Source: Octopus bimaculoides (taxonomy: Eukaryota). From it: a stretch of DNA of 36,576 nt. The stretch spans positions 121,627,832 to 121,664,407 of the forward strand of contig NC_068982.1 of the NCBI RefSeq assembly GCF_001194135.2, given 5' to 3'. A model generated the notes under the pieces. The model saw nothing but the letters and a program-made list of their open reading frames with translations, searched no databases and had not been told where the DNA came from. How positions within the stretch are numbered: position 1 is the first letter of the stretch; each line of letters starts with the position of its first letter. A program made the translations under genes and the position numbers. Shown here one piece after another: positions 1 to 10,980 of the stretch.

Positions 1-83
1 ATATATATATATATATATATGTATATATAAGAATATACATATATATACATAACGTATACATACATATATATGTATGTATGTAT

Positions 84-116
<33 letters not shown>

Positions 117-190
117 CATACATACACGTGTATATATATGTATATATTTATGAATGTATGTATGTATGTATGTACGTATGTATGTATATA
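1..190. repeat. Compound microsatellite (AT)n/(CA)n/(TATG)n
   Basis: Directly visible dinucleotide and tetranucleotide runs. Confidence 0.95.
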
Positions 191-378
191 CCAGGAAACG
201 TTTGAAACGCATTAGGCTTTTTTGACAAACGAAATTGGTAAAGTTCTTAGCAAAAGATTGAAATTAGAAATTTTGGTACGAAGCAAAATAATCTAGGAGA
301 GGAATAAAACGAATAGAATAATATAACAGAAATACACAAATAATATTTCAACAACCTTAACATTGATGCACACACACA

Positions 379-382
<4 letters not shown>

Positions 383-431
<49 letters not shown>
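383..431. repeat. (GT)n microsatellite
   Basis: Perfect GT run; explains the THTHTH ORF at 247-480. Confidence 0.97.
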
Positions 432-434
<3 letters not shown>

Positions 435-477
435 AGGGCGTGTACATGTGTGTGTAGGTCCTCCGCACAATTTTCAT

Positions 478-600
478 CAAGGTATTGGTTAACTCGAAGT
501 TATGGCTGAAAGTACTTGCTCAAGTTGCAAATTGTCGCATTGTGGGATTGAACCCGAAACCATGTGTTTGTGAAACGAACTTTCTAATCACATTGCCACA
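478..600 (-). mobile_element. Degenerate tRNA-head SINE (family C, CORE-like CTTGRGCAAGT body)
   Basis: The reverse complement reads tgtggcaatgtgattagaaag...ggtttcgggttcaatccc, giving A-box-like and B-box-like motifs, followed by ...aacttgagcaagtactttc. A more decayed relative may lie at about 2015-2105(+). Confidence 0.65.
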
Positions 601-929
601 GTTTGCGCCCGTAAAGTTTCAGCAGCTGAAGAGATGTCTCGAGATCTAAAGCCTAAAGTTTAATCGATTGATCTGTCTTTGTGATCGGTCACTGGAAAAT
701 ATTTAATGATATTTTTAATGATAACAGTTATTTGATTTTTCTTTCTCCATCTCCTTCACTTTTACTTGAAATATTGCGACTTTACCTCAATGAAATTACT
801 CCTTGATTCTGGACTAGAGTGTAAAGTGATGCCGAATAATTTTAAATGCCTACAATTTGTTGTTCCGCTCTCGATGAGTTACACATATCCACCATCCCTC
901 TGGTACGATAAAATATACACCGGTAGATT

Positions 930-1172
930 AATATTGGTTTCAAATTTTGGCACAAGGTCATCAACTTGGGGGGGGGGGGGGCAAGTGTAAGTCGATTAAA
1001 TCGACCCCAGTGCTCAACTGGTACTTATTTTCCGACCACCAAAGGATGAAAGGTAAAGTCAATCTCGGAGGAATTTCAACTCAGAACGTAAAGGCGGATG
1101 AAATGCCGCTAAACGTTTTGCCCGGTGCGGTAACGATTCTGCCAGCTCGCTGTCTAACAACCAGTGAAATAA
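930..1172 (-). mobile_element. tRNA-derived SINE (family A), tail type ...gtgccaaaatttgaaacc
   Basis: Reverse complement of gcgagctggcagaatcgtta...gagttgaaattcc...gactttacctttcatcctttggtggtcggaaaataagtaccagttgagcactggggtcgatttaatcgac. Aligns by eye with the copies at 4003, 9633 and 26622. The C-rich tail linker is expanded to the G-run at 968-981. Confidence 0.9.
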
Positions 1173-1434
1173 TATTAATTAGTACACATTGCTGCTTCGC
1201 TCCAGGTCATACTTGATTGAACATTATTATGCAAACCGTTCTATTATCGACCATCCTATCGTTTTGCATATTAGGGATTACGTTGCCTAATTACTCTTCC
1301 CTAATTCAAGATAGTAGGATGCCATTTGAGTGAGTAGTTACTTCCAACTAGAGAACCTCAAAGTGGTAAGAGTTCGAGCATCCAGATAAATTTTCGTAAG
1401 TTAGCTCGTATATTGCGTAATTCAGAATGATCAA

Positions 1435-1664
1435 AGGTTTTTTCTGAGCCAGATGCTCATAAAACCAGTTTCCCGGATTTTATGACGTATAAATTTCTGA
1501 TCCCCGAACGGAAAATCAGTCCATCGTAGGGTTACTTATTTTCACCAGCTGAGTGGACAGCAACAGCGTGAAATGAAGTGTTTTGCTCAAGAACACAATG
1601 CATCGATCAAGGAATAACAAGATTATGACCATGAGTGCAACACCTAATCACTGAGCCACGCGCT
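1435..1664 (-). mobile_element. tRNA-derived SINE (family B head and core, tail type 2)
   Basis: The reverse complement begins gcgcgtggctcagtgattagg (A box) and contains ttcttgagcaaaacacttcatttcacg...gtccactcagctggtgaaaataag, matching the 6271 copy. Its 3' part (aaccctacgatggactg...) differs from that copy. Confidence 0.8.
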
Positions 1665-2806
1665 TCCATATATTGTGTAATTAAAAGAATTAAAATCAGT
1701 AATTAAAAGGTCTGAATATTTAAGCAGACAATTAGTGATCTTCAATATCGATATACAATTAACCACTTGGGGATTATTTGACTCAACTCTTCATTTAGTT
1801 TGTTTATCGTTATAGTTATTTCTAATCCAGAAAAGCTATGATCAAGAATCATGACCGGATTACTAACTCGATTCGCTGGAATTGAGAAGCTTAAACATTT
1901 CCTCTCTATTATCGCCTTTATTGATTTCTCACGTAAAGTCAAGAACTCTTATTTCCGTAAGAAAAGCAAATGAAAAGCTTATGACTTTCTTAAATGTATA
2001 AGAAGTGGAAGAGAAATAGATGCAGTCGCTTTGCAAATATGCGGTGTCAGATTCAATTGCACCTGCACAGCTTCACTGGGTGACTGTCTTCTATTATAGC
2101 CCGGAGTAAAATTTGGGGTACACAAATGTGTAGAATCCTACTAGAAGGATGATTACTGTTCTAAATCAGTTGAATTTAAAACAAAAAGCACCATCTAGTT
2201 CTTGGGTACCTCAAGCGGAGCTCAGTTTGTTTCATGTATTCGAACTAGATCGCTGGACCGAGAACTACCTCACTTCCAGTTAATCTCAAAGGCCCTGAAA
2301 AGGGGCTAATGGGCACTGCCTTAGCCTTCATTTTCTGTTTTAACCATGAAAAACTTCGTTATTGAAAACAGCTGCTGACTTATTCTACCACTTACATCCC
2401 ATATTTTGATAGCGTTGTACTTGTAACATCATTTTCTCTATACAACGTCTAGAATAGCTGTGATGTATTCCACAACATTTTTCATGAATTCAAAACTACT
2501 AAAATTGCTTCTTCACATTGTAAGTTATTGTTTAGTAAGCAAACCATTATGACAAAACGTAGCAATTACAGCAAAATTTTATGACCCCAAATCATTTCTT
2601 TAGATAAATTCTGTCGGACACCGAGTATGTTATTAATGTAAATAAATGTTCTCTACTTCGAATCATTGCAATAATTATCATCAGTCGCTTTCCTCTGCGA
2701 TTGGCTATATATATCAGAACAAAAGCTATAATGTATTTTAATCTAATTGTAATCGAGTGTAAAAAAAAATGAGTTTAGTTTTTCCCACTGATGTTGTTCT
2801 ATAATA

Positions 2807-3528
2807 TCTCTCTACATCTTATTATAATGGTCGCTATGTCCGTCTGTCTGTCTGTCTGTTCCCTCTTCAAACGGCTGGACCAATGGTCACGTAGTTTTTC
2901 AGGATTACAAAGGAGGCAATCAGGAAGGTCTTTAGTGAAAAGAATATGAAAAAGTATGATTATTTAGTGGATATTGAGTTTTGTATTAATAAGTCACCTT
3001 TGATCTTTTTTGCTAAAATTCCGGCGACGAGGGTTAACTCTGGATTCCCCCACCCCACATAGTTCGTGAATTTAGAGGGTTTAGATTTGCCTTTATATCC
3101 CATCGTAAATGAGCAGATTTGCTGTCTTACTATAATTGGCGTTATCTCCGTCTGTCTGGCCGTCTAGCCGTCTATTTGTCTGTTCCCTCTTCACGGCCAG
3201 ACGACTGGACCAATGGTTACAATATTTTTCGGGATTACAAAGACGGTCGTCAGGAAGGTTTTTAGCATTAAAAAATCAGAGAGTATGATTATTTCGTGGA
3301 TATCGATTTTTGAATTGATAAACCACCTTCGCAGTTTTATTAAAAATTCACCAACCACGAGTAACTCTGGATTTTTATCGTATAGTTCGCAGTCCCGTCG
3401 TAGATACGAAGGGGGTTTGCGAGGACGGTTAATAGCAAAATAAAATGGAAATTGTCAGTATATAGTGTGTGAGATTACTTAGTGGGTATTGAAGTGCGTC
3501 AGACTCGAGCAGGATTCGAAACAGCTAA
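2807..3528 (+). mobile_element. Non-autonomous Helitron-like element with a tandemly duplicated 5' module
   Basis: Starts A|TC at 2806/2807, followed by ...ttataatgg...gtccgtctgtctgtctg...ctggaccaatg, a module typical of non-autonomous Helitron 5' ends. The module recurs at about 3125. A candidate 3' end tcgagcaggattcga-aacagCTAA|T lies at 3505-3529. Confidence 0.55.
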
Positions 3529-3671
3529 TTGAAGTGGCTGTTGTTTACGTCTCAGTTTTGTCAATCAAAATAACCCATGGTACCAGAACATCCAAACTTT
3601 ATTCGCATAGAACAGTGAGAGGTAAGTCTTAGTTTGATATTTTTTGCAGCCCTAAACATTCCGGTCGCACA

Positions 3672-3851
3672 TTCACAGCAAACAAGGCACAGGGCCAAAC
3701 TTTAGACCGTGTAGGTGTATTTTCACCCACTCCGATGTTTACACGCAGCCAGTTATACATCATCATGAGTAGAGCAACGGACTCCAGTAATTTGAAAATT
3801 AGTGTCAACCAAACAGAAAATGTCTACAAAAAAGTTTTGCAATCATATTGA
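3672..3851 (+). pseudogene. Helitron RepHel PIF1-family helicase C-terminal fragment
   Basis: Frame from 3672 reads FTANKAQGQTLDRVGVFSPTPMFTRSQLYIIMSRATDSSNLKISVNQTENVYKKVLQSY*. This contains helicase motif V (NKxQGQTL), motif VI (QLYxxxSR) and the NVYKKVL-like end of Helitron RepHel proteins. Confidence 0.88.
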
Positions 3852-4002
3852 TATTATTGAAAGGAATTTGATTCATAATTTAAATAAGGAAATTTGTGAA
3901 CTTTGAATGTATAGGAGTATAAACAAGTGTAAAATTGTGTAAACAACTATAATAAAAGAATATCTAAATAACATTGCTTTCTTCATACTTTTTATGTAGT
4001 AA

Positions 4003-4230
4003 AGGCGGCGGGCTGACAGAAACGTTAGCACGCCGGGCGAAATGCTTAGCGGTATTTCGTCTATCTTTATGTTCTGAGTCCAAATTCCGCCGAGGTAAAC
4101 TTTGCCTTTCATCCTTTCGGGGTCGATAAATTAAGTACTACTCGCGTACTGGGGTCGATCTAATCGACTGCACCCCCCACCCCACCCTCAAAAGTTTTTT
4201 GAATCTTTTGCCTAGAGTAGAAAAGAATAT
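4003..4230 (+). mobile_element. tRNA-derived SINE (family A), tail type ...gcctagagtagaaaagaa, with TSD
   Basis: Full head-body-tail present. Near-identical flanking direct repeats tttttatgtagt (3989-4000) and tttttatgaagt (4231-4242). Confidence 0.93.
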
Positions 4231-4752
4231 TTTTTATGAAGTAGTCGAAGGAAGCTCTAGCTTTCGTTAGGAGTGGTCCACGTAAACATTCATGATACAG
4301 AAGCTGGGAGCCTATTTCAGTTCGGCAGTGAATCGTCATCACGTGTCACTTGGTCGCAAACACATGTCATATAACTGCAACAGATTGTTGTATCATCAGC
4401 AATAATGTGATTTCTCTAAGNNNNNNNNNNNNNNNNNNNNNNNNNNNNNNNNNNNNNNNNNNNNNNNNNNNNNNNNNNNNNNNNNNNNNNNNNNNNNNNN
4501 NNNNNNNNNNNNNNNNNNNNNNNNNNNNNNNNNNNNNNNNNNNNNNNNNNNNNNNNNNNNATATATATATATATATATATATATATAATAAAAACAACTG
4601 TACATAGCATCATATTAATCATAGGAAGAATAAGAAGAAAATGACGTTTGATTTTTACAGCAACTGGTTGGTGTCTGATACTACCAGCTGTTATATACCA
4701 CACTGTTTACTGTAACTATTAATGTGCAACAAAAGCAGAAATTTAAGTGATA

Positions 4753-4756
<4 letters not shown>

Positions 4757-4808
<52 letters not shown>

Positions 4809-4812
4809 TAAT
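4757..4812. repeat. (TAA)n microsatellite
   Basis: Visible run; source of the poly-Leu ORF at 4743-4985. Confidence 0.95.
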
Positions 4813-5214
4813 ATAACAAAATACTCTAATTCACTCGAGGCACTTACATGAAATTTGGCCATCACCAACTCTACACCAATTAAGAGGTGAAAAAAATAAT
4901 AATAACAAAAATAAAAGTAAGAGGAAACCCCAGGGGACAATAAAAAGTGGATAATAAAATAAGATCTTTGATGGAAAGTAGCCATTAAGAGTTGAACCTG
5001 ACTGGCAAATAAATCGATCTTCGTTTAAACATTGAAACTAAAGAACTAATTAGTGAAGCAGTACACACCTAATATTGTCTCTTCGGTCGTCACTACTCTA
5101 GAAATATTGTAAAGGGACTGCGTTGAGAATATCGATTTCCTCGATTATTTCATAAAAATTTCGAACAGATATTCAATAGTTGTTACGTTCTGACTAAGAT
5201 GGTTGTTGTATTTA

Positions 5215-5395
5215 TTTATTTAACTCCAGGTTAGTATCGTTCCAGTAGAAATATGATAAAAAGCGGTCCAGTCGTGATCATTCCATCTAGCTTTTCATTT
5301 TTTTTCAGGTCGTGCAACTAATATTACTTTATCTGACGCACTCTTCCTTATTTAAGATAGCATGCAATTTGAGGGAGATGTGGCTGTTGCTTTCA
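5215..5395 (-). repeat. Unnamed interspersed repeat of about 200 bp (family D); strand defined by the (AAC)n end
   Basis: Shares the motifs ccagg(t/g)tag..., atgat(c/a)aaa...ccag(c/t)c(a/g)tga(c/t)ca and gagggaga(t)ttggctg(c/t)t with copies at 17597, 18123, 19670, 30598, 30810 and 31097. Alignment by eye only. Confidence 0.55.
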
Positions 5396-6114
5396 TGTCT
5401 AAGTATTAATAATAGCAGGCGGTTAATTCCAAGAATATACAACCATATTCGAAACAGTTTAAAATGCTAAAACCCGGTTCAAACACAAGAAAAATCTTTA
5501 AATAAAAGAAGGATTTATGATTCTGTAGAACATACCTTTGCATTTATTGAAAATAGGAACAATGGTATAAAACATTTTTTTTATCAATGAATTAAAACAA
5601 ATTACGATAACTGACAACCTACGTTTTAGGCAGTGTAGAAATCGACAATTTTCAAAATATAAAGACTAACAATGAGAGACATCAGTCATCCTTACTATAA
5701 TACAAGTATTACGGGTAATACAGGAAGAGTGGAACAAGGAGATAAATTGGTGAAAATGCATTGTTATCCCTCAGCACAAATACTTTAAAATATTGTAATT
5801 CTCGACAAAACTTACATCGTGAGAAAAATTCTTTCGCCAGGAGACAAAAGAAGTAGATGTAGACATGAATAAGAATAATAGCAATAAGTCTTATCCAATC
5901 AGATTTTAGTGCATTTATAATCGCACACCACAGGCATAAGTGATTATGCTACACTTGAATGCATCTTGTACTGGTTTCGAAGAAAAAGCGATCCCAGTTG
6001 TTCGATCACACGTTCATTGTATTATAGTGTAAGTGGCTGGGTAGTCTACGAATACTTGTAGCTTTAATATACACCTCAGGAAGATTCAATGGGACATTGT
6101 GTAGAATACAGCTA

Positions 6115-6115
6115 T

Positions 6116-6159
<44 letters not shown>

Positions 6160-6228
6160 ACGCATGCATACATATACACATACACACATATACGCACACA
6201 TACATTTTCAAATACAAACATATATATA

Positions 6229-6266
<38 letters not shown>
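6115..6266. repeat. Compound (GT)n/(CA,TA)n microsatellite
   Basis: Visible runs. Confidence 0.9.
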
Positions 6267-6268
<2 letters not shown>

Positions 6269-6270
6269 AA

Positions 6271-6570
6271 GGCGCGTGGCTTAGTGGTTAGGTTAATCGG
6301 CTCACGATCGTAAGGTCGTGAGTTCGATCCCGGTGACGTGGTGTATCTTTGAACAAGACACTTATTTCACGTTGCTCCAGTCCACTCAGCTGGCAAAAAT
6401 GAACTGTACCTGTAATTCAAAAGGGCAGCCTTGTCACACTCTCTGTCACACTGAATCCCACTGAGAACTACGTTATGAGTACGCCTGTCTATGGAGTGCT
6501 CCAGCTACTTGCACGTTAAATTCACGAGCAGGCTGTTCCCTTGATCGGATAAACTGGAACCCTCGTCGTT
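6271..6570 (+). mobile_element. tRNA-derived SINE (family B head and core, tail type 1)
   Basis: A box TGGCTTAGTGG (6277-6287) and B box GTTCGATCC (6322-6330), followed by a non-tRNA body (tgaacaagacacttatttcacgttgctccagtccactcagctggcaaaaatg) and a 200-bp tail ending in (TA)n. Confidence 0.88.
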
Positions 6571-7879
6571 ATATATATATANNNNNNNNNNNNNNNNNNN
6601 NNNNNNNNNNNNNNNNNNNNNNNNNNNNNNNNNNNNNNNNNNNNNNNNNNNNNNNNNNNNNNNNNNNNNNNNNNNNNNNNNNNNNNNNNNNNNNNNNNNN
6701 NNNNNNNNNNNNNNNNNNNNNNNNNNNNNNNNNNNNNNNNNNNNNNNNNNNNNNNNNNNNNNNNNNNNNNNNNNNNNNNNNNNNNNNNNNNNNNNNNNNN
6801 NNNNNNNNNNNNNNNNNNNNNNNNNNNNNNNNNNNNNNNNNNNNNNNNNNNNNNNNNNNNATATATACATATACATATATATGTATGTATGTATGTATGT
6901 ATATATATAAGGTAAATAAGAAAATGGAGAGGATGTAAAAATCGACAAACATCAGCCACTAAACATTCCATTATATTTATTTGTTAAATAACAAACATGT
7001 GTTTAAGTGGTACAAGTAAACGAATGAGATCAGCCAATAAATACGTAAACAGATATATATATATATAGAGAGAGAGATGAATGAATAATAATAGATGAGT
7101 GTACCGTTTCTACCATGAGGCCGCAGAATCTTCCAAGTCATCCTCACCACGTCAGTCATATACAGGGATGAACAAACATTGGACGGAAATTATTGGATAA
7201 TGGTTGAGCCTCAAGATTTCTGCAGAAAGTACAAATGTTAGGAAACTAACGTGTTGGAAATTCAGTTAGAATGATAGAATATAATAAATAAAGGTAAGAT
7301 AGAGTAAAATAGGTAAAAATAAAAAAAATTATGTAACGTAATAGACATGGGAAGGAAAAGTAAGAACTTCATTTTAAGGTGTTATTATAATCCATGGTAT
7401 TCCATCTACAACTCTCTTATTATTTATACCTCATTCACTTCTCTGATTCCTTTTCTCTTTTTTCTACCTTTAGAATCAGTTGCAAAGAAACAGACTTTGT
7501 AAAAGAAGTGGTTAATGTTGAGTTGCCGTTGATTATGTGGGATTACAGACTTTGTGAATGTGGATTCAAATTACGGCCACGGTCAAATATAAGTTATTTT
7601 GTTTAACTATTGACTATAATTAGTACATCGAGAAGAGTGAAGTTCTGCTTGCTGATATTTTGATCTGGTTTGCAAATGAGATCTATTTCAACCAAAAGAA
7701 TTCCATCATACCTACAGAACTTTCAGACCAATGCAGAGAGAAACAACTGTTCTGTATTGCTGAAATCTAGGTGACTCATGATCCGTGCTCTGAACAAGAA
7801 GGTACTTTTCATGGCAAACGCAAATGCAACAATTGGCTTCCAGGACCCTTTGTCTAGGATATCTAAATAGGTGAAGATT

Positions 7880-8655
7880 GCTATCTCTTCTAGAGTAGAA
7901 GAGTACCGCATTGTCGCAGTGAATATGGATCAGTTTCAGTTCGGTCTCTTCCCCTAATTGCTTCTCTAAGTGTTTTGGTTGTCTCTATGTAATGCTCACA
8001 GTTCACAGTACAGTCATGTTCCAGAAAATGTATGAGAATGAAGCTTTTGTCATCCCAACGCCACACAAAACGCAAAAGTGGTACTATGGCTTTTTGTACT
8101 GGTCGCTGGCTCTTGAACTTCTACGGTCTTGGAGAAGAGTTATACCACAATTCCATAGACTGAGCCTTCTTTTCTGAAACATAAAGAAGAGCTTTAGCTA
8201 TCAGATTTGAAAAAGTATGTCTTTGTTAGCTTCAAACATTTTCAGTAAATCATAACGAACTTCCAGCCTTCCCTCTTTCAAATCGAGTGTCAACCCGAGG
8301 CAACCATTTTGTATGCATTTTCCGATATCTAAAATTTTCCAGTCTTCTGTAATGCGCTGTGATCACAGTCCAGTTGTGCAGCAATATCATGGGTTTTGAC
8401 TCGTTTGTCTGTGTCAGCCAACTGGTCCATTCACAGGTAGTTTATGTAAGCGGTACTGGCTGGTAACCTATCACTGCATTATTTGTCTTCAATGCTGATT
8501 TCCCTTTCTTTGAACATCTCCATCCATCTGTGCACATTGCTTTATGGTGTCGCCTCCATAAATAAAAAAATTATCTTTTATGGATGTCGGATAGCTTACA
8601 CGCCTCTTTCGTCAAGAATTCAATGGCGCCACGTTGCTTCCAATTGGAAGCCACT
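7880..8655 (-). pseudogene. Old, heavily decayed mariner/Tc1-family transposase
   Basis: Minus-strand pieces with frameshifts: ASNWKQRGAIEFLTKEACKLSDIHKR (HTH, like QRAVIEFL..EG); RKMHTKWLPR (WVPR motif); KAQSMELWYNSSPRP*KFKS; WDDKSFILIHFLEHDCTVNCEHYIETTKTLREAI; IHCDNA (second catalytic D). A possible 5' TIR remnant lies at about 8801-8824. Confidence 0.8.
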
Positions 8656-8660
8656 ATTTG

Positions 8661-8718
8661 CTTGCAATGAAGAAGAACAAGAAGAAGAGCTTGCAATGAA
8701 GAAGAACAAGAAGAAGAG
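8661..8718. repeat. Perfect 29-bp tandem duplication cttgcaatgaagaagaacaagaagaagag x2
   Basis: Units at 8661-8689 and 8690-8718. Confidence 0.9.
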
Positions 8719-8863
8719 TGGCTATAGAGAAAAAGTTATTCTATCAGCATGTGCAAGTTGAATGACATGTCAGTTAATGAAAATGCTATGCCCGTCTTCA
8801 CATTACTTTCAGTATAACCCATCAAAGGATCTAACGTTACAATATTTGCTCTGATGCAACACA

Positions 8864-9430
8864 ATGGTCGAAATTGAACTTAAACAAATTTTAGAAAGGT
8901 CACATATCAGCAGCACTGAGGTATTCTGGTGCATTTTCGCCTTTTATATTCATGAAGATCCACCAGTATTCGACAACTTGTTGTCCAGTTGAAAAATTGT
9001 AAATATGTTTACTTTACTTAAACTGCTACAGTGCCAGTAAGATCACTTTGCAAAACATTACTGTGCCATCAGGTCCCATCCTTCTACACAACAAGCAATT
9101 GAAACAAAGTATGCAAGTATCTGTTGAAAGCCAGCACAACATGTTTTGACAGAGCTATTACAAAAGAGTATATTCTACACACCAGTCAGCATGATGCTTC
9201 TTTCTGCGACATCATCATAAAGAGAGACGTTCAAATACGTTTCAAGTTCTTCGAAAATTCAATTACACCACTCTTAAAGAGATATGCTTTACATTTGGAT
9301 TCCCAGTAAAGCAACATAATCTGAAGCGTCTGTAACTCGAACAGCTAAATGTCATAGGGCTCTTTTCGTTATGTTGTTAAAATGCTGTTTCCTGAACCCT
9401 TTCTGTTGGTGTTGCAGGAAATATTCGTTG
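8864..9430 (+). pseudogene. Helitron RepHel fragment (region between the Rep and helicase domains)
   Basis: Frameshifted translations: RSHISSTEVFWCIFAFYIHEDPP (compare GRYISSxEAxWRIFxFxIHE); CQ*DHFAK/TLLCHQVPSFYT (compare LCxxDxFAKTLLYxEVPxxYTW); YTTLKEICFTFG (compare TFKEAC..LGL); RALFVMLLKCC..NPF..W. Confidence 0.72.
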
Positions 9431-9632
9431 CTATGTTTTGATAAGTTGGTAACTTGAAAAGAAAAATAGATTTTATAAAAAAATAAAGCAAAAACACTAT
9501 TTTGTTTTCATTTGTCTGAAGGTATCAAAATGAGGTTCAGGGAAGAATGAGTTCTATCTGATCCACTGTTCCTACACCCACAGTTGTAGCGTTGCATCAT
9601 GTTAGGAAGCATTATTGCTATTGTTGCTGTTA

Positions 9633-9850
9633 GGGTGGTGAGCTGGTAGAACCGTTAACGTCGGGGACAAAAAGCTCAGCGGTATTTCTTGGAGCTCTAC
9701 GCTCTGAATTCAAATCTTGACAAAGTCAACTTTATCTTTCATCTCTTCGGGATCGATAAAATAAAGTACCAGTCGAGTACTGGGCTCAATATAATCGACT
9801 AAAATTGCTAGCCTTTTTTTTTTTCAAAAATTGAAACGAGTATTACTATT
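9633..9850 (+). mobile_element. tRNA-derived SINE (family A), older copy
   Basis: ggtggtgagctggtagaaccgtta...gaattcaaatc...gtcaactttatctttcatctcttcgggatcgataaaataaagtaccagtcgagtactggg; tail ...caaaaattgaaacg. Confidence 0.85.
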
Positions 9851-10136
9851 ATCGGTGCGGTGTTGTTGTTGTTGTTGCTGTTGTTCGTCTTCACTTCTTT
9901 CTTCATCCTATCCATGAATTCATTGTCACCCTTGTTATTGCTTCTGTTCCTGTTGAAGTTGTAGTTATTGTTGTCTTTATTGCTGTTGTTGTTGTTGTTG
10001 TTTCTCAGTTAATGTCATGTAAGTTCCGTTGAGACACTGCTTTAACGTGATGACCAGAGATTTTATTATTCTGTCATTAAGTCTCTTGACAGGAAGCAGA
10101 GTAATAAGGCAGGAGATAAGACAGCCGGACTGGACG

Positions 10137-10260
10137 ATGATGACGACGACGACGACGACGACGACGACGCCGACGATGACGATGATGATGATGATGATGA
10201 TGATTACGACGACGACGACGATGATGATAGTTTTGTTAGCTATGAGTAGTAGTAGTAGTA
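10137..10260. repeat. Compound (GAT)n/(GAC)n/(TAG)n trinucleotide repeat
   Basis: Visible; source of the poly-T/M/S ORF at 10029-10541. Confidence 0.93.
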
Positions 10261-10368
10261 NNNNNNNNNNNNNNNNNNNNNNNNNNNNNNNNNNNNNNNN
10301 NNNNNNNNNNNNNNNNNNNNNNNNNNNNNNNNNNNNNNNNNNNNNNNNNNNNNNNNNNNNNGGAGAGG

Positions 10369-10497
10369 GAAGAAGAAGAAGAAGAAGAAGAAGAAGAAGA
10401 AGAAGAAGAAGAAGAAGAAGAAGAAGAAAAAGAAGAAGAAGAAGAAGAAGAAGAAGAAGAAGAAGAAGAAGAAGAAGAAGAAGAAGAAGAAGAAGAA

Positions 10498-10529
<32 letters not shown>

Positions 10530-10530
10530 A
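10369..10530. repeat. (GAA)n tract, about 53 units
   Basis: Near-perfect polypurine run next to a gap. Confidence 0.97.
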
Positions 10531-10980
10531 TTAGTGGGTAGGTGTATGAAGAAACAAGAGGAGGTAGAGGAGGAAAAGGAAGAGACAGAACGAGGAGAGG
10601 ATTAACACCAGAAAAAACACAGTCACGAATGAAAGAAAGAAAAAAGAAAAGATGAAAGAAAATCAGAAAGAAAGAATAACAACATCAACAGACACTCCAA
10701 GTTCTTCAGTACTTTTATACCTTTATTAATGTCCGTCTGTCTTATAAAATGCAAAATCCAATCGGATTTTAAAGAAAACAGACATAACATACCTGACATC
10801 TTCCGTGACAAAATTCTCGAAAATGCTTTTATGATTGGTATAGCTATATTACAGTATAGAAGTCAATTGAAAATGTAAGGGATTGTTCTGACTTGGCTAT
10901 TAATTAGAACACATTATGGCCTAAATGTAATGTTTTTCAACTTATCAAGTACAATATATACAAGCAGAGCAATATATAAT

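Noticed and set aside
968-981. G-quadruplex or regulatory G-run
   Set aside because: It is the expanded C-rich linker of the family A SINE tail on the minus strand.
1742-1942. 66-aa minus-strand ORF in non-repeat DNA
   Set aside because: Non-ATG start, in-frame stop just upstream, no recognisable motif and no good splice sites.
6271-6340. tRNA gene (A and B boxes, anticodon-like loop ctcacga)
   Set aside because: There is no 3' acceptor-stem complement and the sequence continues into a SINE body shared with the 1435-1664 copy, so it is a SINE head.
8636-8651. 16-bp palindrome gcttccaattggaagc
   Set aside because: Short, lies inside a mariner coding relic, and is plausible by chance.
10029-10541. 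170-aa ORF with poly-T/M/S/R
   Set aside because: Translation of trinucleotide repeats across an N-gap.
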